Shown: positions 1-13,402, numbered from the stretch's first letter. The stretch: 64,000 nucleotides of DNA from Dimorphilus gyrociliatus (GCA_904063045.1 CAJFCJ010000006.1:1-64000); one strand, 5' to 3'. Notes: generated by a model not told the origin, from the letters alone. Numbers and translations are program-made.

Positions 1-1920
1 CCGGACGATGGTATTTAAGACCGGTGCCATCCAAATAATTCGGAAAGGGACACCCTGCTGATTTTCGAGGGTTCGCCATCCTGCTGTTTTGTTTTAATGA
101 TCGGTTTACGACGGGCGTTCAAAATCGGCCACCCCACCTGCGCTCCTCTCTGCAAGGGTTGAGGGTTTTTCGCGAACGTAATCGATTATCGGAAGTACGC
201 ATCTTTTCCGCGTTTAATTCTCGTTAAATACGAAAGTACGTTGCCGGATTAGAAGATAACGTCTAAGATAAGGGCGTTCCGCGTCACGTGATGAGCAACC
301 AAAGTGAGAGGCAAAGATTAATAGGCCTATTTAGGATTAGAAAATTATAAGAAAAATCTCTACACCTGTTCAAGCGTTTCCTTAGCCTAAGAATAACAAT
401 ATAACCATAAAGAAAACAGTTTGATTCCTTTGATATAGAATCATTATGACGACAGTGTGACGTCATTAAAGCGACGCCGCACCCTTCAGCCCTGCCCCTC
501 TAACTTGTTTAGCCTGCAATTTCGGTTCGAATAACATGCAAATTTTTTCTTTATTCTTTTTAGTTTAGGGAAAGGAATAACCGCAGAGTTTAGCGTGTTG
601 TGGCGAAAGAGAACATATCGGGTATCAGAGGGAAGATCCGCCGAAAAATGAGTTTAGGACATATCGATTTATCTATGCAATATGTTCTTCCCCAATTTCG
701 ACCCTTTGAACAGCCGCCCAAGTTGTGAAAAGAATTTAACAGTTTGCCACACTCGATCATTCTTATTGCCGCAATAAGATTGGCGGAAGGGGCGTTTTAT
801 GACTTTGATCGGAAGTCTTTTCCTCTGAGAAAAAAGAGCTGTATAATTAACGATTCTTATCAGGCGGTTCCTATTGTTTCTGAAGAACATCCGGGACTGG
901 GGCGTCTACCGTCGCTCACCTTTTCCCTTTTCTCTCTCTCCCCACCTTTCTTTCTCTTTAAAGAAAAACTTTCGCTCGCTTTCGAAAGTTCGCTTATATA
1001 ATTGAAACATTTTTACGTGATAATGTATTCAAGTGCGTTCTTACGTGCCTCCTTCTCGTTCCTTTGAACTGACACTGCTCTCCTGCACATGTTCTCCTCT
1101 CAGATCATGCTCTCCTCCGTCAGGTGTTCTTCCGCCTCGTTGACCGCCTACCCTTTCTCCACGTCTAATAGAGCGTTGCCGACTGGACGATCTGGGAACG
1201 CAATTTTAAATCGTAGGCGCGAACAATTCTCTTATTCATTACCCGATCGAGCGTTAATTAATTTCTAAACTTGTAGTTTTATATACTATTACAGAATAGT
1301 GGGAGCGTCACCGTGATTTCCTTAACGCTGTAATTGTTGCTTTGTTACGACAAATTACGTAAAAATGGTGTTAGGGCCTATTTAGAGTTTAAATTTTCGC
1401 CGTATATATTATTTTCGTCTGTATCTACGTCTCATCTTTTCTATATCGTCTTACGCACATTACTTTCAGTTTAAGGAGTACTTAACGCCTAAAGCGCGCT
1501 TCTAGAGCGCCCTCTGAAGAGCGCAAAAAGAAACCTTTGCGTTGCCAACATGAAAGACGGTGTTTCGCCGATCTTTTGATCGTCAACACGTATAATTTGA
1601 TTTATTTCGTCCAATACAAATGTTTTCTAAACAGGTTAAATCACTATTTGTACTCATTCATACCGTAAGTGATACACACGAGAGTTACGAGACCAGTTAA
1701 TATATATGGATAATATAGTTATAAATATATATATATATAGATATATATATATAAATGTATACATATATGCTGTATATTCAAATATTTGATATATAAACGG
1801 CCAAGGTACCACCCGCAAGTCTTTATTCTATTTTCTTAATGCAAATATAATCTTCAAAACATCAAAATAGTTAAAGGGACAGAAATTTAATATCCACAAA
1901 CGAAATATCTTGAAATACTT

Positions 1921-3119
1921 TTACTTGAATTCGGGTCGTCTAACAACAATTACGGGAACTTCGGCATTTTTCACAACGAAATCAGAAACACTACCCAGAA
2001 GGGCTTTTTGTAGTTTATTTCTTCCTCTGGTACCCATTACTATAGCAAAGGCAGCCTCTTCTTTAGCAACCTCTATTATTGTTTTCCCAGCGCTCTTACT
2101 CGGTACGCTTATCACTCGGCCTTTTAACTAGATAATATACAAACAAGTCTAACAGTATTTCAAAATAGAGCATATTTATAAATATATATGAAAATATCTT
2201 AATATTTTTTGATATACTTACCCCACCTGTATGAAGTTTATGGTTATATCTTTCTTCCAATTCGGTTATTTTCGAATAAGTCTTTTCCATAGACTCCTTC
2301 ATTTGTCCACTCTTTGCAAGATCTTTTTCTTGAAATGAAATAGGAATTATTTTAATAGTCATTAATGATTAATTGTGAAAATTACTAATGATTTTCAATA
2401 GATGAATGCTATTCATTGTGAACATGATATTTTTGACAAGTATAGATATGTATAAATATATATATTATAATTACATACGGGCTTTGTCCAAGTCAAATCC
2501 CTCGGGAACGTGAAGGACAACGATCTCGTTGCTTGGATGGTGCAAATATTTTGTATACCCTGAAATAGTAGCGACATCTACCGTTTATTAAGGCTTAATT
2601 TATCTTATCTCATTGAAAGAACTAATTAAAAGTAAATAGAGAAATGCTCAAGTGGGAGATGAGAAAGAAAGAAAAGGTGGTTAGCTGTAAGGGGTAGGGG
2701 GTCGGGGTTGTGTACCTCCCTTAACCTTCTGGTTTTTTTTTGAGATAGGAGAACCTGTTACTTTTTACATCACGCACTTAATTGTAATAGACTACTGCGA
2801 AAATTTGTTCTCTTTACTATCCTACTTAACGCAGACGTATCAAAATGGGCTGATACGAAGATTCTATAAGATTTCTGTGTAACCTCCTAAGAGTATTATA
2901 AAACCCTTAACATTCCATTTCAAATAGAAATCCCAGTGTTTCAGAGAGAGAATTTTGCAGATATTATTAAATGAAAGATAATATGTCCTCTTTCAAGGTC
3001 AATGCGTAGAAACAGAAATACATGTTAGTCATTCTAAAATAGAACTTACAATCGAAAGAATTTTCCGCATCTTCATATGGATCAACAGATATGAGAATTT
3101 TTCCGTTTTGAAAAGCCAT
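1921..3119 (-). CDS. Universal stress protein (UspA domain), 4 exons
   Basis: Exons 3119-3050, 2559-2479, ~2330-2222 and 2127-1921 join in frame via GT-AG introns: MAFQNGKILISVDPYEDAENSFDWYTKYLHHPSNEIVVLHVP...VMGTRGRNKLQKALLGSVSDFVV. Intact G-x2-G-x9-GS ATP-binding motif. Confidence 0.92.
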
Positions 3120-5112
3120 GTTTTATCTACTTTTCTTGTTTTTTGAATAAATTTTGAAAGCAAAAAAAAATTGCGCACTATAAATCGCCGTAGCGTAAGG
3201 CCGCCAGACGCTTACCAACTGCAAAAATTTTGCTGTAGGAAGTTGCTTAATTCTAAGAGGCTAACAGTTTTTCTGCTCTTACTTTTTTCCGCGGGAGATT
3301 TTTCAAGCAGTTGGCACAAATTTCTTTTTATCTTGCTAAAAAGTTAGTAAATTTGTAGGAAAATGCTTTCAATCTTGTTTTTTACAAAAGTATGTTATAA
3401 ATTCTAATATATCAATCCAAAAAGAAGTAAATACAACTTATAGCCTGGTTATAGGATTATCTAAATCTATATAACATAGGAAGTATAATATTTATTTACT
3501 TTTTTGACTCCTTATAATATTTTTTTAATACTTTTATTACTAAATAACCTTTTTATTTGATTAATTATACTGCAAAAATAACTTAAAAAATGGGAAAAAA
3601 ATTAGATTTTGCTGTAGATAAATTAAAGCTGTAATAAATTATAAAAAGCTGGAAAATACTGCAAATAAGAAAAAGTTGAAAAAAGAAACTACTTACAATC
3701 AAAAGCATATTCGGAATAATCAAGAGGATCTACTGGAATAATAACTTTTCTTCTCTCTGAGTCCATATTGTTTGTTTCGGAGGATTTTTTTTGTTTTTAA
3801 GTTTTATGAGACGAGATAGTTGAAATAAAAAAAGTTTTAAAGAAGTAAATATCGAAAAGAGGAAAGGAAAAGGAGGAAGACGATGATAAAGTTCTTTCTT
3901 TATTTATTAACAAAAAATAGTTTTAGCTAAAGAAGAATAGTCTGTTTTAGAGAGAAAAGTTGAATAGAACGCGAATGGTAAATCTTGCTTCGTTGTAATA
4001 AAAAACGCTGATAAAAGTTGATAAACAAAGTTAAAATCCTCTTTCCTCTTTGGTAAACTCGACTTATTTAAAGAAATAACAAAATATTGGCTTGTCAAGA
4101 TGATTATCCCGCTGCTCCGACACTTATTCAATTATTCGAGTTCACTAGGTGGCAGCAGATATATTTTTTTTTTTATAAAAAAGTTTTAGTTATTTAAATA
4201 ATGTTTGTAATTCATCTTTGTCTGCGCTATATCTTTTATCTATCCTTCCTACCATCTCTAAAACTCTTTTTAGTCCTACCTTTTCTTTCTCTCGATCATT
4301 CTCCCCACTTTTATTTAAACAAAATCATTAGAGAGATAAACATTTGCGTTTTTCTAGAAGGCTTACAGAGCTGAAAAATTCATAGGAAAATGATAAAAAG
4401 AAAGCTATATCTTACAGTCGAACGCATATTCTGACCAATTGTTAAAATCCGTAGCTAAAACCACAGTACGCTTCTCTGTTACATTCATAATTATTCAGCT
4501 GGTAAGTTAATAAGGGTATCGACCTTTTCGACAAAGCCAAACCCAAACGCAGGCTTTCACCGTGTAGTGAGAAATAATCTGTTCTAGAAAACTTATTGCA
4601 GATTTTTTTAAAAATATACGCCTTTTTATTTTCGGCCTATTGAAATCTTTACCATATTCCATAGGTTTTTATCATAGTAAAACAGGATGGAAAGTCTTAG
4701 TTTTTAAATGATGAATTAGGAAAAAGTGAATGATTGGTTGATAAAATTTTCAACTTCTGGACGATAAAGTTTTTTTTATTGGTGAAACCTTGGTCAAATA
4801 GATTTAGAGTGGTACCTGCTTACAAAGTGATGTACACACAGTCGAATATTTTCCTACAGATGGCGTTTTTGACACACTTACAGAAATCTCCATTTCTTAA
4901 ATATCAAGCCATATTTATGAGGCAATCCTACCAATTGCGACAATGATAGAGTCTGACGATTTATGATAACAATAGACATAATATCATTCAACAATGTTAA
5001 GATACGGTTGAAATATAAGATGATCTTATCTTATCTTATGTTTTTGAGTTATTTATCTTAAGATTTCTTTATAAATCAGGCCATTAACAATAAAAAACCG
5101 CTGCGCGACAGG

Positions 5113-7249
5113 ATGAAAAACTTTATATTTTTTCTTTTATTAACTATAATAGCATCTGTTCTTACCTATAAAAGAAACCCATATCTAGGTAAATAATATT
5201 GCGCGAAAATCAACGTCTCCCTCCTAATTTAAAACAAATGATGATACAAAATATGATATTGCCTACCTCCCGGCCTAATTATAAACAATTTACAAAATTT
5301 CATTATGAATATTGTTTGCAGAGGATAAATGGAAAAGATACACAGCTGCACTGGAAGAGATAAATAGAAGAGCACAAACAGATGAGGAATTTAGAGAAGA
5401 GTTGGACAAACATATGGCTGAATATGATCATGATCCTTTAGACGTTGGCACATATCAAATAAAATTTAACTGTACACAACAAGCAACTGTTCAACCAATT
5501 AGTAGTGGTAAGTAGGGAGATGTTCAACTTTTTAAATACAGTATAAACTATAACTTTTATTATAGTTAATAGAATTAAATTCGCTGATATAAGGGCTATT
5601 GGAGCTGTTGGAGATTCTATTGTTGTAAGTGTAAACATGCAAACGGTAGTGCTATTATCTTAAACTAATCTAAAAAAAACAATTTCATTAGTGCGGAAAC
5701 GGTATTGATAAAAGTAGCATTTTTCGGGTAAGAGATGCTATTAGAGGCGAAGCTTATAGCAATGGAGGTTCTCAAGATTTAGAAAGAGATGTTATGACAA
5801 TGCCAAGTAAAAATTTCTTAAAGAAATATTTTTTTGCGACTAACTCTTCTTTCTTGCAGATGCTCTGAAGAAACTTGCAAAAATTTTAGATGGTTATGCT
5901 ATATCTAGAGGCCACTCTGATGCCGGAGACGTTGAAGCAGGCTTCAACTATGCTGAATGGGGTGCCGAAACGCGTCATACAAAGGAGCAAGCCGAATATT
6001 TAGTGGAAAAACTTGAAGAAAAAAATTTAGAAGATAGTCCAAAATTAATTACCTTGCTGGTTGGCGCTAATGACCTTTGTCAAGCCTGTGATTATCCACA
6101 AGATTACAATGAAGATGTATACGTTGAACGTTTAAAGGATACTATAGATTACATCAAAGACCATACTACATACACTATACTTTCCATTGACACAATGTTC
6201 GATGTAACACCTCTTCCTTTATTTAGTTCTGGTATTGTCTGTGACGTTATTGGAAGTAGCGTTTGTAATTGCGCCACTTCCGAAGGTAATAAACCTTTTA
6301 CTAGAGACATGCAGAAGAAGTTTCATAACAAGTTAATGGAACTGATCGCATCCGGTAGATATGATCAAAATGAAGAGTTTACTGTTGTTGTTCAAACGCA
6401 CTTTCAAAATGCTACACCTCCAATGAAAGATGGACAAGTTGATAAGTCTTATTGGTCTATTGATTGCTTTCACCCAGCTAGAAAGGCGCAATACGCTTTT
6501 GGAAAGTCTCTTTGGCATAATTTGGTATGATCAATTTATTCTCTAAACAACCTTATTACTATTAATGTTTAATTGAACGCTTCATAAAAATTTTTGCAAC
6601 AGATGGAACCTGTTGGGAAAAAACGAGGGGATTTGGATTGGACCTTTAAAGGCGTTTTAAATTGCCCTACAAGAGTAATATTTATTTAAAAATCTAAATA
6701 AGTTGCTATACTTATATGATTCTTTTGTATTCTAATCAGGAAAATCCTTTCATCTACACAAATAAAAATAGTCGTCAGTTTAAGGCAACTGGTTCCCAAT
6801 TGGATTATAAAGTGGTACAGAACCCAAAAAGAGTACAATTAGAAGGCTACTTGCGTTTAAAATTAGACAGCCTAAAGGAAAAAATGAATGAAAATATGTT
6901 TGGAGAATTTATATGGCATTTGACAAGTCGTGTTTTAAGACTTCAAAGACTTGGTAGACCTATTACTGTACCTTTGAATATTGTCCAAAAGTATGGTTTG
7001 GGTGCTGATGAAGCGAATTTTGTTAAAAATGAAATTGATACATTTGCTTCATTGAGTAAACCAAACACGACAAAAGGAACCATTAGTCCTTTAGCTATAG
7101 GATTGATTGCCGGTTTTTCAGCCTTTGGTATAATTGCTCTATTGAGTTTGTTTGTAACGGCCAAGTGGAGAAGAGAAAAGAATGATTCCGCAAAGCAAAC
7201 TGATTATATTGATAATCCAGCATTTGCTGAAAAAGCTTGTGATATGTAA
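5113..7249 (+). CDS. PLB1: Phospholipase B1-like SGNH/GDSL lipase, single catalytic domain, signal peptide and C-terminal TM helix
   Basis: Signal peptide MKNFIFFLLLTIIASVLT; block I IGAVGDSIV; LLVGANDLC; catalytic DCFHP; FIYTNKNS; TM LAIGLIAGFSAFGIIALLSLFV. Exons join through short GT-AG introns. Confidence 0.88.
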
Positions 7250-7422
7250 TTGATATTCAGCTTTTTTTGCTAATTTAAGAGATATTTTGATAATGAACAA
7301 AGGATTATTAATAAACTCATTTTAATGATTGATATAATATAATGAAAAAAAATATATTGCAAAAATCAGTGAATGAACTTTATACTGTACTTAGTACTCT
7401 GTCCTCATTTCGCGTTAGTAGC

Positions 7423-8443
7423 ATGAACGACTACATAGCAGGAGCTATAGCAGGTTGAGAAATATTTATAATTATAAAGCAATGAATATAAATGTAAAAT
7501 GAATTTTATCAAAGGATCTGCTGGTATTGTTGTCGGTCATCCGCTCGATACGACGAAAGTCCTACTACAAACCCAACAGATAGCTCAGAAAGGTCGTAAA
7601 AGCTATTATGATATTTTAAAGGTCATCGCTAATGATGGATTGGTTAGTTGTTTTACTTCATCAATAGTAACATATTCATGATATCATCTGTACATTATTA
7701 AAATACTTAGAAGAATGGTTCATTCAGAGGACTATCCTATCCACTAGTATCAGTTGGAGTAATTAATTCAATCTATTTCGGTGTACAATCATATTCGTTA
7801 ACAGCATTGGAGAATAAGATAAATAATAATTATTTAAGATTATTTATAAGTGGTTGTATGGGAGGAACAGTTCAAATTACTATCTCATGTCCAATTGAGG
7901 TTATTAAAATAGTCTTACAGTCACAAAGTAAATCTATGGAAAGTACGCTCTTTAACTCTTTTATGACGAATCTTTCTTACTCTATGCCTTCATGTTTCAG
8001 ATGTTATAGGAGGTAAATACCTGAGAGGACCAAATGAAGCATTTAGGCATCTTGTCAAAACTGAAGGAATATGGCGTTTATATAAAGGACTAGATATTAT
8101 GATTATGAGAGATATTCCTAGCTATGGAATCTATATTCTATCTTATGAATCTTCAAAAGAAATGTTTTTGAAATGGAACTGCAGCCCCGTAATTTCCACT
8201 CTTATAGCTGGCAGTATTGGCGGTGTGATATCATGGGGTTCTGTTATTCCATTCGATGTTATAAAATCAATTATGCAATCAAACAGAGGAAATATAGGAA
8301 TAATACAAACTGCCCTGATGGTTTACAATAAACAAGGTATAAGGGGCTTCTTCTCCGGTATAGGTATTGCATGTTTAAGAGCAATACCTGTCAATGCTGT
8401 AACCTTTTTAGTTTATGAAGAACTTTTAGCCCTACTTAAATAA
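7423..8443 (+). CDS. Mitochondrial carrier (SLC25; SLC25A29/45/47/48-like subfamily)
   Basis: MNDYIAGAIAG|SAGIVVGHPLDTTKV; three carrier signatures PLDTTK, PIEVIK, PFDVIK; C-terminal RAIPVNAVTFLVYE. Confidence 0.92.
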
Positions 8444-9020
8444 CACAATTTTTTGCTATGTAGAATGAAAATCATATAACTCAATTTCATTTTCAATTGT
8501 TTCTTCAACGAAAAATATTGTTCATTATTTGTCTTCTTTAGTCAACAAATAGAAATTAACAGTTAAAAACAATGTTGTTGATATTATTTCATGTGTTTCC
8601 TTTATCGCAGTATAGTGAACATAGATCACATCAAACAATGACTTTTTATATACATATATAAATATAAATGAATAAATAAAAAGGAATAAAATTAAGGTTG
8701 AAGGGAGTGTGAAAAATGATTGATAGAGGTATGGTGTGTTAAAGTAGATTATATTGAATAATATGTTTCAAATAAACATACATTTACCTCTTTTATTATT
8801 TATATAAAAACCAAATTTGTAAACTGTTAATTTATGTTATTATTTAACTTAAAGTAGATGCTTCATAATGAGATTGAACTTTTCAAGTTTTAACAAATAT
8901 TTGCTAATAAGCCTTTTTAATAAAACGAATATTCCATTATTTTGTAGTTTGTTTCTTTTGTAAAGAATTTGTAAGCCTCCTTTTTTTAGCCAAATGTAAC
9001 TATTTCTTGTCGATATTGCT

Positions 9021-9678
9021 TCAAGTCAACCTCATTAGTTTGCTTCTTACTTCCGGTATTCGATCTTCAAATTCTTTCTTTATATCTTGATAATCCCTAT
9101 GCTATATCGGTAGAGGAAAATTGTGTTTATAACTGTCTGTTATTTACTTTGCTTATCGCTTTTACTTACAAGTAGAAATTTTCCTCGTTCTAATTCTAAT
9201 TTGATTCTCTGTTCAACTGTTAAATTGTTTACATCGATTCCTTTATCTCTTAGTTTAGATAGGGGGCACGTTGGCATATGAGATTTGTGTTCAGTCCACG
9301 GATCGTCTTGCTCTTCCCAACCCTCTAGTGGTTTTAGGCAAATATAACATTCTGCAAGGTCTGGCCGTTTTCTAGGGTAAGGTCTGAAAAAACCAGCTTC
9401 GGCCAACTGAAACAAAACAACACAATAACTTGATTGATTCAATTAATATACAGAAAAGCAAAAATTCCTTAAGTTTAATGCTTCAGTTTATTTAAGTTGA
9501 GTGCTTTTTTTTGAGCAGTACTTTGTCTACGTTACATTATAACGATAAAATTGTTTACCTTTACTGATGTACATATAGAATCCTCTATGTCATCAAATGC
9601 CCAGTTTTTAAAAGATGCTAATCGGGCTTGGTAATCGTGAAATTTAAATGCCTTTGAGGCTGCTTTTTCGTTAGACAT
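9021..9678 (-). CDS. BIRC5: Survivin-type single-BIR protein, 3 exons
   Basis: MSNEKAASKAFKFHDYQARLASFKNW...|LAEAGFF...CYICLKPLEGWEEQDDPWTEHKSHMPTC (C-x2-C-x16-H-x6-C zinc motif), then a short helical tail HRDYQDIKKEFEDRIPEVRSKLMRLT*. No RING domain. Confidence 0.92.
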
Positions 9679-9934
9679 TTTAAATCGCGGTTAGCCGACT
9701 AAAATTTGTTTTTTGAATACCTATTGGGTTACTACAACCAATGAGAAACGGTTTTGTAAATATTGTTAGCATGGTTGGTATTCCATTCAAAATTTTCGAT
9801 ATGAGGTATGTAAACAGCCTAATATCCAGGCTGTGCGAAGAACTTGTTTGAACAAGAAAGTATAACTTGTTTGTCTTAAATTTGACAAAGTATTAGTAAA
9901 TCTGTTTCGGTCAAGACCTTATAGAATAAACATC
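9679..9934. promoter_or_regulatory. 256-bp bidirectional promoter between survivin and POC1
   Basis: Divergent ATGs at 9678 (-) and 9935 (+). CCAAT boxes at 9723-9727 (ATTGG) and 9738-9742; TTTGAA (CHR-type) at 9712-9717 and 9847-9852. Confidence 0.65.
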
Positions 9935-12900
9935 ATGACTTCGATGGTAAGGTCCTTTTTTTCTGATGGAAAACATCTATATCTCATTCATAAACTAGTC
10001 TTTGTTAACGGATCGTATAATGTTTCATGGAGTTCTTTTATTCGTAGGAGGATCCTTCGCTGGAAAGGCACTTCAAGGGCCACAGAGAAACGGTAACATC
10101 AGTTGACTTCAATCCTAACATGAAGCAATTAGGTGAGATTAAACTTTTTAAAATTTTTTTTATTCTAATTCAAAAAATGCCAACAGTTTCTGGTGGTATG
10201 GATTCTTGTGTAATGGTTTGGAACTTCAAACCGCAAATGAGGGCTTATAGATTTGTGGGACACAAGGTCTACACAATAATAACGAATTAATATTATGGTA
10301 CTTTACTGTTTATTACTAAAACAGGATGCAGTCATGTCTGTTGCTTTTTCACCATCTGGACATCTCATAGCATCAGCATCTCGGGATAAAACTGTTCGAC
10401 TGTGGCTACCCAGTGTGTTAGTATATCTAAAAGGCCTAGTTTTAATAATAATATAATTCGATTCGGACCTTATATTAAAATTCAATTATTTATGAAAATT
10501 TCTATTTTCAGGAAAGGAGAATCTACAGTCTGCAAAGCACATACAGGAACAGTTCGAAGTGTAGATTTTTCGAACGATGGTCAAACTTTGTGCACAGCTT
10601 CGGATGATAAGACCATAAAGGTTAGAATAGAATAAGTATAATTTTTGTACAGAGGGTAAATGAGAGCTTTATTCCAATAGTTATGGACGGTTCATCGACA
10701 AAAGTTTATTTTTAGTTTGGCAGAACACACCAATTGGGTTCGTTGTGCGAAGTGAGTAACTTATACAATTTTTTTCTTAAAATGATTAAGACAGTTAAAA
10801 AAGTCAAGTTATTTAATACTGAAATGGTTTTTATTCATTATTTAATTGTGCACACGTTCAATAATTTATGTTCTTGGGGCATTTCCTAGACCGAGTACTG
10901 TCTTGTACGATCCAGTTCCATATTTTCCAACTGCAAGAAAAAAACGAAATATTACAATTGTGCAATTGATTTACTATTCAGTGACCTTGAGCTGTAAGTT
11001 GGTTGTCTAGAATTTTATTTAGCAATTCTTATATTAAATAGATACTTTTTCATGTTGAAAAAGAGTAGCTAATACTTACAACTAGTGGGTTTCGGTCTGT
11101 CCATTGGCCAATACTTGAAACCTTGACGAGCTCTTTCGTTGTAACTTGTTCTCAGAGGGTTCCTCTTCTTTGATGTCGGACTGCTAAATGTGCTTCGACT
11201 CTGATAAAATTGAGTTGAATTTTTTAACCCTTCATTTGTGCTGCTATACAGACGATTCTGTTGATCTTCACACTAGAATTGTTATAAAAAAGTTTTTATC
11301 AGAGATGATAAAAAGTCATAATATCTGATAAAGAAAGATGAATTTTAGTTAAAAGTTTACCTTAGTTTTTAGTTTACTCCAATGATCAGTTTTTTGAAAG
11401 TCCATTTTTGCTGGCTTAACCCATGTAAGACTATAAGAGAATATGACTTAATATGTGTCTTTCATTAAGCGGAAGACGGATTATAATGAATTATTGAATA
11501 ATCTATTGAGTTGCTAGCTGGTAGCCATGTTGTTAGTTAAAAACTATTGATTATTGAATTCATTGTGTCTTAAGTTTTTTTAATTTCATATCATTGACTA
11601 GTCATTGACGGCATATTAACTTTTTGCTGAATACTTTTTATAAAGAAAATCTTCTAAATGTTCTTTTAATTTTTTTATATTAAATATTTTTAAAACAATT
11701 TTTGGACACAAACTAAACTGATTAACAACAAAAAACATTATAAATTTTGTAGTTCTTATATATTGGCTTTTAATTTATTTCCCTTACCATGCCCACATAT
11801 TCGGACTTGGCTCGAAAGTTTTCAGGCACTGCCACTGAGACATGTTAGCTGTTGAATTGTCGATAGGCAAATGAATTGCTCGTGCTATTCTCACAAAGAC
11901 CTTGCCAATTTTTGCGTATTGAAATCCATTTAATGAGTACTGTTTGCTTTGCGGATATACCGTCAGGGCTATTGTATATTCTATATAAGTGTGTTTTGAT
12001 TTTTATAAAATCTTTTCTTTTCTCTTGATCGTTAAAGACGCTAAAAAGTAGTTAATCGGTGAAAAAGATCTTTTTTTAGGCAATTTTAACTGTTTTTCTT
12101 TTCCGTTTTCAATGGATCAATAACAATATAACAAACTAGTTGTATAAAATTCATACGCTTCGTTAATGTTTTTATCCGTCATTGATTGATCAAACTTTTG
12201 TAAATATAACTATCACTTTTGTCAATACTTCATTGTACTTTCTTTTATTTACCTTACCACGTAGATTTTCACCTGATGGGCGAATGATAGCTTCTGGAAG
12301 TGATGATAAAACAGTGAAATTATGGGATCGACAAAGTGGGGATTGTATCCAAACATTGAAGGAACCTTCGGGCTACATAAATCATGTTGCATTCCATCCA
12401 AGTGGAACTTGCGTTGCAGCCGCGTCTTCCGATTCATCCGTTAGAGTTTGGGATTGTCGAATGAAACGTAAACTTTTACAACACTACACAGCTCATACCG
12501 CTCCCGTTAACTGTTTATCTTTCCATGAGTCTGGAAACTATTTAATTTCCGCTTCAGACGATTCGACTTTAAAGATTTTAGATCTGTTAGAAGGAAGACT
12601 TTTTTATACTTTACACGGACATCAGGCATGCATTTTATTTGAAGTTTTTCCTATAAAACTGTATGAAGTTTAATGAATTTATGTGACTTTATTTTAGGGA
12701 CCCGCTACGGCCGTTTCGTTCTCTCTTAAAGGTGACTATTTCGCTTCTGGCGGAGCAGACGAACAAGTTTTGGTTTGGAAAACTAATTTTGATCAAGTTA
12801 ATTATGAAGAGGTGCTAAAATCCCACAAAGGAAAGCAAACCACAGAATCAACCAAACCAACTATTCACGATATTCCTCCTCGATCGTCAAATTACTCAAA

Positions 12901-13402
12901 ACGCCCACTTTCATCTTCCAATGCAGATGATCTTATGAAAGGAGACGGGATTAGGACTACTGTGACAGATGTTCACGTTCCAACAACAGTAAAGATTATT
13001 AAATAATCTGATCTCTATATTCTAATATCAAGTTTATTTTTAGTTAAGAAACGGAGACAGAGAAGATTCCGCAGTGTATCCTTTAACCTCGGATGTCTCT
13101 GATGTTCAAGAGACAGTAGAAGACGGTTTAGAAAGAACGAATTCTTCAAACGCTCCTGGTCGAACAATTCAAGTTCCAGCTGAAATTAGTTCAACATTGG
13201 AGCACATGGTTAAACAAATGGAAATTTTAACAGACGTAAGTTGTATTTTAATTTTGACTTCTTTGCCTATAAACAGCACTTTCTATGATTCGTTTAGACT
13301 GTATCCATCCTTGAACGAAGAATGACTATTGTTGAAGACAAGCTAAAGGAGTGTGGCACAAATCAAGAGAATATTATGATGCAGATGTACTCAAAACAAT
13401 AA
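9935..13402 (+). CDS. POC1: POC1 centriolar WD40 protein
   Basis: MTSM|[30 protein letters not shown]40 repeats, and C-terminal POC1 coiled-coil [13 protein letters not shown]|[19 protein letters not shown]. One abnormally long intron (~10752-12264). Confidence 0.96.
10866..11980 (-). CDS. Uncharacterised spliced gene nested antisense in the long POC1 intron (5' end unresolved)
   Basis: Exons 11430-11361 (70 nt), 11272-11080 (193 nt), 11006-10986 (21 nt) and 10930-10866 join in frame via 88-, 73- and 55-nt GT-AG introns: [23 protein letters not shown]|[11 protein letters not shown]...[24 protein letters not shown]|YNQLTAQ|[27 protein letters not shown] lies ~35 nt downstream. A phase-compatible open exon 11980-11788 is a candidate upstream exon. 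Confidence 0.68.
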
